Shown: piece by piece, positions 39,708 through 49,688 of the stretch | Numbering within the stretch: the first letter of the stretch is position 1 | Layout: every line of letters starts with the position of its first letter | Source: an uncultured Bdellovibrionales bacterium | Lineage (GTDB): Bacteria; Patescibacteriota; Minisyncoccia; Moranbacterales; GWC2-37-73 | NCBI GenBank assembly: GCA_964484505.1 | Contig: CAZAFB010000002.1 | Span: 9,679 to 73,678, forward strand | Direction: 5' to 3' | DNA: 64,000 nucleotides | Translations under genes and position numbers: made by a program | The notes under the pieces: model-generated | What the model saw: the letters and a program-made list of their open reading frames with translations, nothing else | The model's database searches: none | What the model was told of the DNA's origin: nothing

Positions 39708-40091
39708 TTAATTTCCAAATGGTCGTGGCTCTGGCGGTGGTTCACTTGGGATATTATCTGGAAAATAATCAAATCCAACGCCAGCATAAATATCATCTCC
39801 TCTTTTCCAATTTTCGCATTCCACCTTTAGCCTAATGTAGACAGGATTATCCTTTTTTAAGTAGCAGGCAATTCCCATTGCTTCCATTGTTTTTTTCTTT
39901 TGCTCATTCCATAATCTCGTCTCTTTCCCATCAGAAGTAAAGTATGGCTTATAGGCATATGTGTAAATAATGGGAATGGTTAGAATGCAAATCAACCAAA
40001 TAAACACTAGGCGTGTTTTTTTATCTAGCGTGTTTTTCGATTTAAAAAAGGCGAAAGTCAGCAGAATAATAGCAAAAAATAATGAACCCAT
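39708..40091 (-). CDS. Hypothetical 2-TM membrane protein
   Basis: Two N-terminal hydrophobic segments; Pro-rich tail. Confidence 0.65.
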   Translation of the reverse strand: MGSLFFAIILLTFAFFKSKNTLDKKTRLVFIWLICILTIPIIYTYAYKPYFTSDGKETRLWNEQKKKTMEAMGIACYLKKDNPVYIRLKVECENWKRGDDIYAGVGFDYFPDNIPSEPPPEPRPFGN

Positions 40092-40117
40092 ATTTTTAAA
40101 ATTATTTTTTAACCAAA

Positions 40118-40256
40118 CAAAAAAGGACAGCCGAGCTGTTCAACCATAACGTTCATCCCAAGGGAATCCCGATTACGGAACTCGGACTGCCCCTTACTAC
40201 CCACAATCGGGCGTAAAGACACAATCTCCCTTAGGAAATTTAGTTATGGTTGAACA
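40118..40256 (-). promoter_or_regulatory. Structured cis-regulatory leader RNA with pseudoknot or alternative terminator
   Basis: Perfect 14-bp inverted repeat TGTTCAACCATAAC (40137-40150/40243-40256), nested stems, and a loop complementary to a downstream U-tailed segment. Confidence 0.6.
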
Positions 40257-40357
40257 CTTATAGCTTACTATAGATAATCAGCAAAAACAAGGACTTCCAA
40301 GATTGCTTCTGAACGTAATTTGGGGTAAATTAAAGATACAGAAATAACAATAAAACT

Positions 40358-41047
40358 ATGGATTTAACACCAGACCAACGAAGAAAATGGGTTATTGAAA
40401 AAATTGTAAATAATTTTAAGAATTATCCCAAAATAAGTAGCAAGACTTGGTATAAAGTCGACACCCAAGAAAGCGACCCCCCACCAGAAACACAAAGAGA
40501 TATTGTTGAAAAAATATTGGAGGTTTTTGAAGCCATAAAAATTTTAAGCAGAAAAGAATCAAGAAGTGGAAAAAAAACCAAAAAAGAGGAAACGAACTGG
40601 TATGACATTGAAATTGTAAGTCCAAAATTTGATGAACTATGTGAAGAATATGGCATAAAATTTGAGAGGCGTATTAACAAAAAAGACTGCTACTATGTGA
40701 GCATACTGGCAACCAGAGTAATCGCATTAAATGATAAATACAGACTTTCAAAACCGAATGTCGAATCAGAAAATGACCATTTTTTTAATTATGTCTTCCA
40801 CAATCCTAATAAGTTGATTTTAAGGGAAGAGATTGAGAGAAATGAGAACGCAACCATAGGAAAAGATTTTCATCACATATTAAATGACCTTGGATTCAGA
40901 AATGAATTACGAAAATTATTTTTTGAAGTTTCTAAAAATGCTGTAAAATTTAGAAATTTCATTCCAAAAAATAGAATGGAAGAATTTGGGATAGATTCAA
41001 ATAAACTTACTAATAATATTTCAAAGCTAAAAAGCATTGGTGAGTAA
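40358..41047 (+). CDS. Hypothetical island protein, possible C-terminal winged-helix DNA-binding domain
   Basis: 229-aa Lys-rich ORF; FFNYVFHNPNKLILREEIE...FHHILNDLGFRNELRKLFF resembles a wHTH (inference). Confidence 0.65.
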   Translation: MDLTPDQRRKWVIEKIVNNFKNYPKISSKTWYKVDTQESDPPPETQRDIVEKILEVFEAIKILSRKESRSGKKTKKEETNWYDIEIVSPKFDELCEEYGIKFERRINKKDCYYVSILATRVIALNDKYRLSKPNVESENDHFFNYVFHNPNKLILREEIERNENATIGKDFHHILNDLGFRNELRKLFFEVSKNAVKFRNFIPKNRMEEFGIDSNKLTNNISKLKSIGE

Positions 41048-41100
41048 GAAACATTAAGAAGTATTAAGAAATACTATTGAATAATTAAGAAGTAGCAAGA
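41045..41100. repeat. TAAGAA repeats at ~10-bp period
   Basis: TAAGAA at 41045, 41055, 41065 and 41086; CAAGA at 41096. Confidence 0.6.
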
Positions 41101-41169
41101 TTAAAAGGTAAAATATTTTCACTTAAAGTAGGCTAGATATAGTCTACTTTTTTAATTTTCTAAAATTCT

Positions 41170-41328
41170 ATGCAATTGACCGCCGAACAAGTGAATAGCT
41201 ACAGACTTCTGCACAAAAAGCTTTTCGGTGTGGAAATTAGCGAAGACGAAGCCTATGAACAAGGAATGAATCTTGCCTGTTTCTTTGAGTTTCTCTTGAA
41301 ACCCACTGACAGCAACAAGGAAAACTAA
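41170..41328 (+). CDS. 52-aa small helical protein (below the ORF-track cutoff)
   Basis: MQLTAEQVNSYRLLHKKLFGVEISEDEAYEQGMNLACFFEFLLKPTDSNKEN*; first gene of the run leading to the recombinase. Confidence 0.65.
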   Translation: MQLTAEQVNSYRLLHKKLFGVEISEDEAYEQGMNLACFFEFLLKPTDSNKEN

Positions 41329-41346
41329 TTATTAAAAATCAAAAAA

Positions 41347-41652
41347 ATGGAAAACATTAGTCAGGAAAAAATAATTGAAAATCTAAAAAGATGCTCGCAT
41401 TTTGAAAGATGCTCGCAAAATCTTTGCCCGCTTGATTTAGAGCTTTCACTGCGGGTTGGGGCTACACGAGATGAATGCCGTTATATGCGAAGACCTAGGC
41501 AGGTAAAAATTGGCGGTAAGGAATTTGTATCAGGAGGCACTGTTGCTCCAGATGCTGTCCTAAATTTTACGCCTAGCGAGAACTTAGACCGCCTAAACGA
41601 GTCGTCAAAAAAGAGATGGGAAGAACTTAATAAATTAAAGCCAAAAAAATGA
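41347..41652 (+). CDS. Hypothetical Cys-containing protein
   Basis: CSHFERCSQNLCPLD...C motif (possible metal binding); ATGA overlap with the next gene. Confidence 0.65.
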   Translation: MENISQEKIIENLKRCSHFERCSQNLCPLDLELSLRVGATRDECRYMRRPRQVKIGGKEFVSGGTVAPDAVLNFTPSENLDRLNESSKKRWEELNKLKPKK

Positions 41653-41981
41653 AAATAAACTTCACCGAACTGGAAGTCAGAATTAAAAAGGTTGCCGACA
41701 AAGCCAAGCACCCGAATCTTCTAGCCTATGTAACCGTTATTTTAAGAAATGATACGGGCGACTACCTTTCAATCACTGGCTTCACTGTATGGAAGAGCAA
41801 GTTTGAAAATGGCGGGCTAAATGTTGAAGAGCCAGGCAAACGAGGGTTTAAATATGTTTTATCTGAAAAATCATTCGAGGAAAAATTGAAAAGAGAAATC
41901 TTGGCAAAATATGAATATGCAGAAATTCCAATAGTGGGAGAAAGCCCAAATGATGAAATAAACATTGATGAAATTTTCTGA
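41649..41981 (+). CDS. SpoVG-like nucleic-acid-binding protein with an SSB-like acidic tail
   Basis: FTELEVRIKKV...LLAYVTVIL...ITGFTVWKS....LNVEEP pattern; C-terminus DEINIDEIF. Confidence 0.6.
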   Translation: MKINFTELEVRIKKVADKAKHPNLLAYVTVILRNDTGDYLSITGFTVWKSKFENGGLNVEEPGKRGFKYVLSEKSFEEKLKREILAKYEYAEIPIVGESPNDEINIDEIF

Positions 41982-42102
41982 TTCGTTCGCTTACATTCCC
42001 TATAGTTTATTACTAGATATAATCTATAGTCTTATTTCCCTCTAAATGTAAGAGAAATAAACTAAATTGCTAAACTGAAACTAGAACTACTAAGCAGTTA
42101 TT

Positions 42103-43728
42103 ATGAGCAAAAGAATATCGGACGAGAAAATTAAATACTTTGCCTACATCCGTAAAAGTAGCGATAGGGACGATGCACAGACTTTGAGCTTAAAAGCCCA
42201 AAGACGAGAATTGAAAAGTTTTGCGGAAAAACACAATCTGAAAATCGTGGCTACTTTTGAGGAGTCCGCATCTGCTTATAAAATAGGTCGTCCCCAATTC
42301 AACAAGATGCTTGCGGAAATCGAGAAAGGCAAAGCTAACGCTATCCTGGTTTATCACCTTACCCGTATTGCCAGAAACAGCTTTGATGGTGGCAGGGTAA
42401 TTTATATGATGGACGAGGGGCTTATCAAAGAAATCAAGACACCCGAAAAGGCGTATTGTGCCAGTATTGGAGATGACAAATTTATAATGCAAATTCATTT
42501 CGCTATGGCGAAAAAATCTTCGGACGACACCAGCCAATTCGTGAAACGAGACATTCAAAGCAAAATTCTCAAAGGCGAATACCCAGTTTCCGCACCCATC
42601 GGATATTTGAATTTAGACGAGTTCGGAAGAATAGCTGGAAAGCGTTTTGATAATAAAAAACAAGAGCTAATAGAAAATTGCATCAAGACGGAAAAAAGGA
42701 AACCAAAAAGAATCGAGCAAGACCCGATTTTAGCTCCGATAATCAAAGAACTATTTCAACTTTACGCCAGTGAAAAACATTCGCTGGACAACTTGCGATA
42801 TAAATCACTGGAATTGGGAATCAAGGGGGTTAGAAACGACAATCAACTCACGAAATCGACTCTGGTCAGAATGTTAACAAATCCTATTTATTACGGGGCT
42901 ATACCTTGGAAAGGCGAAATTCACGAGCCAGAACAACTCCCAGAAGAAAGCAGGCATATTCCGATTATTGATAAGAAACTTTTTTCAGAAGTTCAATCTA
43001 TACTCAACAATAAATCCAGACCACGAGGGCAAGTCCATAATTTCGAATACACGGGACTTATGCGATGCGGTGAATGTGGGTCAATGATAACCGCCGAAAC
43101 CAAAAAGGGCTTCATTTATTACCGATGCACGAAGAAACGAGGCATCTGTTCCCAAAAATACCTTCGAGAAGATGAGCTTGAAAAACAACTCCACAACAAT
43201 ATGCTCGAATACATTATCCCCCAGGAATTTGCACAATGGGCTTTGGAAGTTCTAAACACCAATAATGCCAATGAGGACAGGAAAAGGAAAGCTATCTTGC
43301 TTCAACAAAGAAACCAGCTCACACACATTGAGCAACAACTTGGAAACCTCCTCAAGCTTAAAATTTCGCCCAGCAATATGAACGGCGAGCTTATTTCAGA
43401 CGAAGAGTATATAGACCAGAAGAGCGTATTGCTGTCCGAAAAAAAGACCATAAACGAAAAACTTTCTGATATTGAGCAGAATATGGAAAATTGGCTCGAA
43501 CAATGCGAGCAATTCTTTGATTTGGCTGTAAATTGCGAAAAAAAGTGGAATCAGAACAATCCTGGCAACAGAAAAGGAGTTTTTGCTTTTATGTTCGGCT
43601 CGAACAGCCTTTTAATAGACCAAAAAGTCCTATTTAAAGCCAAAAAGCCGTTATTTAAAACAGCTCTTTTAGCTAAATCGTCTAATTGGCGGGAGCGACG
43701 GGACTCGAACCCGCGACCTACTGCGTGA
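42103..43728 (+). CDS. Large serine recombinase (resolvase, recombinase, zinc-ribbon and coiled-coil domains)
   Basis: YFAYIRKSS catalytic motif, ESASA, RPQFNKML, LTRIARN, NPIYYG, CGECG...YYRC; the last 14 codons lie antisense within tRNA-Asp. Confidence 0.93.
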   Translation: MSKRISDEKIKYFAYIRKSSDRDDAQTLSLKAQRRELKSFAEKHNLKIVATFEESASAYKIGRPQFNKMLAEIEKGKANAILVYHLTRIARNSFDGGRVIYMMDEGLIKEIKTPEKAYCASIGDDKFIMQIHFAMAKKSSDDTSQFVKRDIQSKILKGEYPVSAPIGYLNLDEFGRIAGKRFDNKKQELIENCIKTEKRKPKRIEQDPILAPIIKELFQLYASEKHSLDNLRYKSLELGIKGVRNDNQLTKSTLVRMLTNPIYYGAIPWKGEIHEPEQLPEESRHIPIIDKKLFSEVQSILNNKSRPRGQVHNFEYTGLMRCGECGSMITAETKKGFIYYRCTKKRGICSQKYLREDELEKQLHNNMLEYIIPQEFAQWALEVLNTNNANEDRKRKAILLQQRNQLTHIEQQLGNLLKLKISPSNMNGELISDEEYIDQKSVLLSEKKTINEKLSDIEQNMENWLEQCEQFFDLAVNCEKKWNQNNPGNRKGVFAFMFGSNSLLIDQKVLFKAKKPLFKTALLAKSSNWRERRDSNPRPTA

Positions 43729-43763
43729 CAGGCAGTCGCTCTAACCAGCTGAGCTACGCCCCC
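43687..43763 (-). tRNA. tRNA-Asp (GTC)
   Basis: GGGGGCGTAGCTCAGCTGGTTAGAGCGACTGCCT-GTC-ACGCAGTAGGTCGCGGGTTCGAGTCCCGTCGCTCCCGCCA cloverleaf. Confidence 0.95.
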
Positions 43764-43786
43764 ATCATTAACCCCTCACACCTTTG

Positions 43787-43860
43787 TACCAGGGGAGAGA
43801 TTCGAACTCTCGACCCCAGGCTTATGAGTCCTGTGCTCTAACCAACTGAGCTACCCTGGC
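43787..43860 (-). tRNA. tRNA with CAT anticodon (elongator Met or Ile2)
   Basis: GCCAGGGTAGCTCAGTTGGTTAGAGCACAGGACT-CAT-AAGCCTGGGGTCGAGAGTTCGAATCTCTCCCCTGGTA; CCA not encoded. Confidence 0.9.
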
Positions 43861-43892
43861 TCAAAAATGCGAAGGGGTAATTTTTAACTTTG

Positions 43893-43966
43893 TTGCGGGG
43901 GGCGGATTCGAACCGCCGACCTCGTGGTTATGAGCCACGCGAGCTGCCAGACTGCTCCACCCCGCT
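43893..43966 (-). tRNA. Initiator-type tRNA-fMet (CAT)
   Basis: AGCGGGGTGGAGCAGTCTGGCAGCTCGCGTGGCT-CAT-AACCACGAGGTCGGCGGTTCGAATCCGCCCCCCGCAA; 1:72 mismatch and fMet-type D arm. Confidence 0.9.
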
Positions 43967-44000
43967 ATATAAAAATAACGCTTTTTTTCAAGCATTTCCC

Positions 44001-44028
44001 ATTATACACCAACTTCCATGACTGTCAA
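44001..44028 (-). promoter_or_regulatory. Consensus sigma70 promoter for the tRNA cluster
   Basis: TTGACA (44023-44028), 16-bp spacer, TATAAT (44001-44006). Confidence 0.8.
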
Positions 44029-44087
44029 TATCAACAGCTCTATAAATTTCCGTATTTTTCCGTAAATTCCAGTATTTTTCTGTACGT

Positions 44088-44636
44088 TTATAAGAATTCC
44101 AGATACCTCAAGAAAGTTTCGAAAGTCTTAATGGTAGATTCAGCCAGATCACGATCCACTTTGAACGTTTCGTCATGCACGATACGGTTACGAACTTCGT
44201 GTACCCGTTGCAAATCATCAGTCATATAATCAAGTTGATCCGGCCTGATTGTAGCCAAACGTTCGCCCATATTGGCACCTTTGTACCCGATTCCCGCCAA
44301 AATCTCATCAGCGATAGCGTCCGCTTCAATTATTGCAACTTTATATTGGGATTCATTTCCATCTCCAAGCCTAGCAATGACTTTGTCCCAACGTTTTTGC
44401 ATTTTACTTTTGGAAGCAAGTGGGATATCCGATCCTCTCATAGTCACGCGATAATTTGCTGTCACTCCGCGCATCATCAAAAGCATCACCAGATTTATAA
44501 ACACGATGATTGTATATGCCATTAAAAATATTTTAATGACAATCAAAATCCAGGAATGAGAAAACCATTCCCAGCCGTTTAATACTGAAAAAAATATCGA
44601 TTCCGCACCTGGTTGATTTGCGCTAGAAAAATCCAT
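44088..44636 (-). CDS. Hypothetical membrane-anchored helical protein
   Basis: N-terminal TM; WDKVIARL...KVAIIEADAIADEIL...GANMGERL...HEVRNRIVHD (RxxxxH-like). Confidence 0.75.
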   Translation of the reverse strand: MDFSSANQPGAESIFFSVLNGWEWFSHSWILIVIKIFLMAYTIIVFINLVMLLMMRGVTANYRVTMRGSDIPLASKSKMQKRWDKVIARLGDGNESQYKVAIIEADAIADEILAGIGYKGANMGERLATIRPDQLDYMTDDLQRVHEVRNRIVHDETFKVDRDLAESTIKTFETFLRYLEFL

Positions 44637-44744
44637 ATGTTACGAACTACGAATTTAAATTCTACGAAATACGAATTTTTGCAAATGCACGAAGCCTAAA
44701 ATCTCACACGTTTGTACTTTCGTATTGTTCGTAATTCGTAGAGA

Positions 44745-46208
44745 CTAACTAATTTCGTACGCGTGCACAGCATTCAAAAGCCCTTCTTCATCAAACCACT
44801 TGCCCATCAACTGCCCTCCGATTGGCAATCCGCCAGCTGGCGGATTGCCATCCGTTGGGACTGTGCCGATCGGGAAAGATATGGCTGGCACACCGGCAAG
44901 ATTAGCAGTGATTGTATAAATATCGGACAAATACATCTTGAGAGGATCGTTTGTTTTTTCGCCAAACTTAAATGCGACTTCTGGAGCAGTCGGGGAATAA
45001 ATGAAGTCAACTTTTTTAAATGCTTCTTCAAAATCTTTTCGGATAAGCGCGCGAACCTTCTGCGCCTTAAGATAATAAGCATCATAATATCCGGCGCTGA
45101 GCGCATATGTTCCGAGCATGATACGGCGCTTAACCTCATCACCAAGCCCAATTTTTCTTGTATCCAAATATGTTTCCAAAAGACTGCGAGGAATACCGCT
45201 TTCCGGAACATCGGAATCAACCTGATCATTGACTCGCATGCCATACTTTATTCCATCAAATTTTGCCAAATTGGAACTAACTTCGCTCGTCATGATAATG
45301 TAATACACAGGCAAGGAATATTTCACGTTTGACAAGCTTATAATTTCAACCGTAGCTCCCAATGACTTAAACTTTTCAACCGATTGCTCGAATACTTTTT
45401 TTATATTTTCATCCAACCCCTCCATATATTCCTGCGGGATGCCAATTTTTTTTCCTTTGATTTCTCCGGTTAAATATTCTTCATAACTTTTTTCGGAACT
45501 TTGTGCGGAAGTTGCATCTTTTTTGTCTTCTCCTGCGATAGCACTCAAAACAATAGCAGCATCCTCGGCTGTTTTTGTCAGTGGACCTATCTGATCAAGG
45601 CTCGAGCCCATAGCGATAGCACCATAGCGAGAAACTCTTCCATATGTTGGTTTCAAACCTACTAAACCACAAAAAGACGCAGGCTGACGTATCGACCCTC
45701 CTGTGTCGGTACCGAGTGCCCACACTGCTTCACCAGCAGCTACTGCTGCCGCACTTCCGCCCGAAGATCCTCCTGGTACACGTTCCGTATCGACCGGATT
45801 TTTAGTAACTTTATAGGCACTACTTTCAGTGGAAGAACCCATGGCAAACTCGTCTTGATTAACTTTACCTAAAATGACAGCTCCTCGCTCCTTCAGTTTT
45901 CTGATTACTGTCGCATCATAAGGAGCGATATAATTATCAAGTATTTTCGATCCAGCCGTAGTTCTCACCCCCTCTATGCAAATCATGTCTTTGATTGCCC
46001 CAGGAATTCCTTCCAATAATCCTATTTTTTCTCCACGTGCGATTTTTTCGTCAACAAAGACGGCTTGCTGCATTGCAAGGTCTCTGGTCAATGTTAAATA
46101 TGCTCCAATCTCACCATCCTTTTTTTCAATCGCATCAAAATATTGCTCCGTAAGTTTTACGGATGTTATTTCTTTGTTTATAAGTTTGTTATGAAGTTCT
46201 TTAATCAT
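44745..46208 (-). CDS. gatA: Asp/Glu-tRNA amidotransferase subunit A (start taken at MIKELH)
   Basis: Amidase signature GGSSGGSAAAVAA, GTDTGGSIRQPAS, KPTYGRVSRYG; EVKRRIMLGTYALSAGYYDAYY. Confidence 0.96.
   Translation of the reverse strand: MIKELHNKLINKEITSVKLTEQYFDAIEKKDGEIGAYLTLTRDLAMQQAVFVDEKIARGEKIGLLEGIPGAIKDMICIEGVRTTAGSKILDNYIAPYDATVIRKLKERGAVILGKVNQDEFAMGSSTESSAYKVTKNPVDTERVPGGSSGGSAAAVAAGEAVWALGTDTGGSIRQPASFCGLVGLKPTYGRVSRYGAIAMGSSLDQIGPLTKTAEDAAIVLSAIAGEDKKDATSAQSSEKSYEEYLTGEIKGKKIGIPQEYMEGLDENIKKVFEQSVEKFKSLGATVEIISLSNVKYSLPVYYIIMTSEVSSNLAKFDGIKYGMRVNDQVDSDVPESGIPRSLLETYLDTRKIGLGDEVKRRIMLGTYALSAGYYDAYYLKAQKVRALIRKDFEEAFKKVDFIYSPTAPEVAFKFGEKTNDPLKMYLSDIYTITANLAGVPAISFPIGTVPTDGNPPAGGLPIGGQLMGKWFDEEGLLNAVHAYEIS
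44823..44850. repeat. Perfect 28-bp palindrome inside gatA
   Basis: TGGCAATCCGCCAG|CTGGCGGATTGCCA, encoding (D)GNPPAGGLP. Confidence 0.9.
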
Positions 46209-46307
46209 TTCGCATGGGCTACAAACATACAAATTTTTACAAAAATACGAAAAGTTGAACGCGAAATTTTGTATTTTTGTAATTTTTTGTAATTTCGTAG
46301 TGATATT

Positions 46308-46595
46308 TTACAACACACTCTTAACCTTAATGTAGCCGTCTTTCGTCTCTGGTGCGTTCTCGAGAATCGCATCCTTGCCGATTGAACCAAAATCTTCAGC
46401 TTCGTCGTGGCGCATACGGTCGGTCATGCCCGTAATGTGCCCTATCGACTCAACATCATCCGTATCCAATTCTTCCAACTGTTTGAAATAATCCAAAATC
46501 GCCGAAAGATCTTTCTGATATGATTCGACATCCGCCTCATGCAAGCCTATACGGGCAAGCGCAGCAATATTTACGATTTCATCACGTGTTAACAT
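46308..46595 (-). CDS. gatC: Asp/Glu-tRNA amidotransferase subunit C
   Basis: IAALARIGL...DLSAILDYFKQLEELDTDDVE...ILENAPETKDGYIKVKSVL; adjacent to gatA. Confidence 0.93.
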   Translation of the reverse strand: MLTRDEIVNIAALARIGLHEADVESYQKDLSAILDYFKQLEELDTDDVESIGHITGMTDRMRHDEAEDFGSIGKDAILENAPETKDGYIKVKSVL

Positions 46596-46641
46596 AAGCT
46601 AAAAAATTTCAAACTTACTTTCAGTAATTCACCAAATTTAT

Positions 46642-46756
46642 AATTCACCTAATTCATCTAATAAAATGTCAAATTCACAAATGTCTAAAGCATGCCCTAT
46701 TTGATTATTTGGAATTTTATTAGGTGAATTAGGCAATTAGGTGAATTTTGAATTCA
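46642..46756. repeat. Copy B of the AATTCACCT palindromic element (extra 9-mers extend it to ~46626-46787)
   Basis: Aligns with 37271-37375. Confidence 0.8.
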
Positions 46757-46810
46757 AAATATGATAAATTGATAATTAGGCGAATTTGTTTAGCAATCAA
46801 ATGTTGCTAA

Positions 46811-49021
<2,211 letters not shown>

Positions 49022-49104
49022 TTATACCCCGTACTTCAAAACAAGGGAATAAAAAAACAAAAGTCGCCACAAGGACGACTCCTGAGTGTTTTCTTTTTTG
49101 TAGC

Positions 49105-49659
49105 TTAAGTTGGCAATTTGGTCCAATTTCTCAGAGAAACTGTCGATTGCACAGCCATTAATCCAGCATCCTGAACATCAACCAGGGATGATATCGTAAC
49201 CCTTCCGGCACTCGATGCAGTCGGCAAAAGAACCCTGAAATTTACATATCCTCCCGATCCCATATTTTCCACTAAAGTGCTTGTTGGCGTCACACTTTCA
49301 TTCTTGCAGTCATTAATACTAGTTGATGCGCCAACGCCCATTTTTAGTGCTCCGCTAACATAACTATAAACAATGCAGGCACTGGTACTTTGCGAATGAT
49401 CGTACACCTTCAACTGTTGAGTATCTCCTGAAGTAGCCATGTTGACAACCGTACTTGTCCTGATAACTTTAGTCATGATATTCATGGCCTCATTGGATTG
49501 CTCCAGCGCTTTTTGTTGAGCCCTCACCACTCGAAAAGTCTTGAAAAAACTGGCAAAAGTTCCTGAAATCATGGTCATAGCCAAAGTGAACACAAAAAGA
49601 GAAACCAACACCTCTATCAGGGTAAAACCTTTTAATATTTTTGTTTTTTTATGATTCAT
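49105..49659 (-). CDS. Minor type IV prepilin (PilW-like)
   Basis: KGFTLIEVLVSL N-methylation motif; C-terminal QSTVSLRN. Confidence 0.85.
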   Translation of the reverse strand: MNHKKTKILKGFTLIEVLVSLFVFTLAMTMISGTFASFFKTFRVVRAQQKALEQSNEAMNIMTKVIRTSTVVNMATSGDTQQLKVYDHSQSTSACIVYSYVSGALKMGVGASTSINDCKNESVTPTSTLVENMGSGGYVNFRVLLPTASSAGRVTISSLVDVQDAGLMAVQSTVSLRNWTKLPT

Positions 49660-49688
49660 TGAAATAATTTAACTGTTCTTCGTTATTT

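Larger units (their letters stand above)
37887..43693. mobile_element. 5.8-kb integrative element inserted at the 3' end of tRNA-Asp; att cores GCGGG at 37887-37891 and 43689-43693
   Basis: Large serine recombinase runs into the tRNA. Joining the two GCGGG cores restores tRNA + terminator on the chromosome and an in-frame integrase tail on the circle. No GATC was seen inside, whereas the flanks have many. Confidence 0.8.

Noticed and set aside
41985-42100. Possible origin or hairpin upstream of the recombinase (CTTACATT...AATGTAAG)
   Set aside because: These are short inverted repeats in very AT-rich DNA and cannot be distinguished from chance by eye.
43924-44229. 101-aa plus-strand ORF
   Set aside because: It is antisense to tRNA-fMet, its promoter and the 44088 gene.
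46209-46232. MYVCSPCE N-terminal extension of GatA
   Set aside because: It falls in the intergenic repeat array; ATG 46208 gives a typical start.
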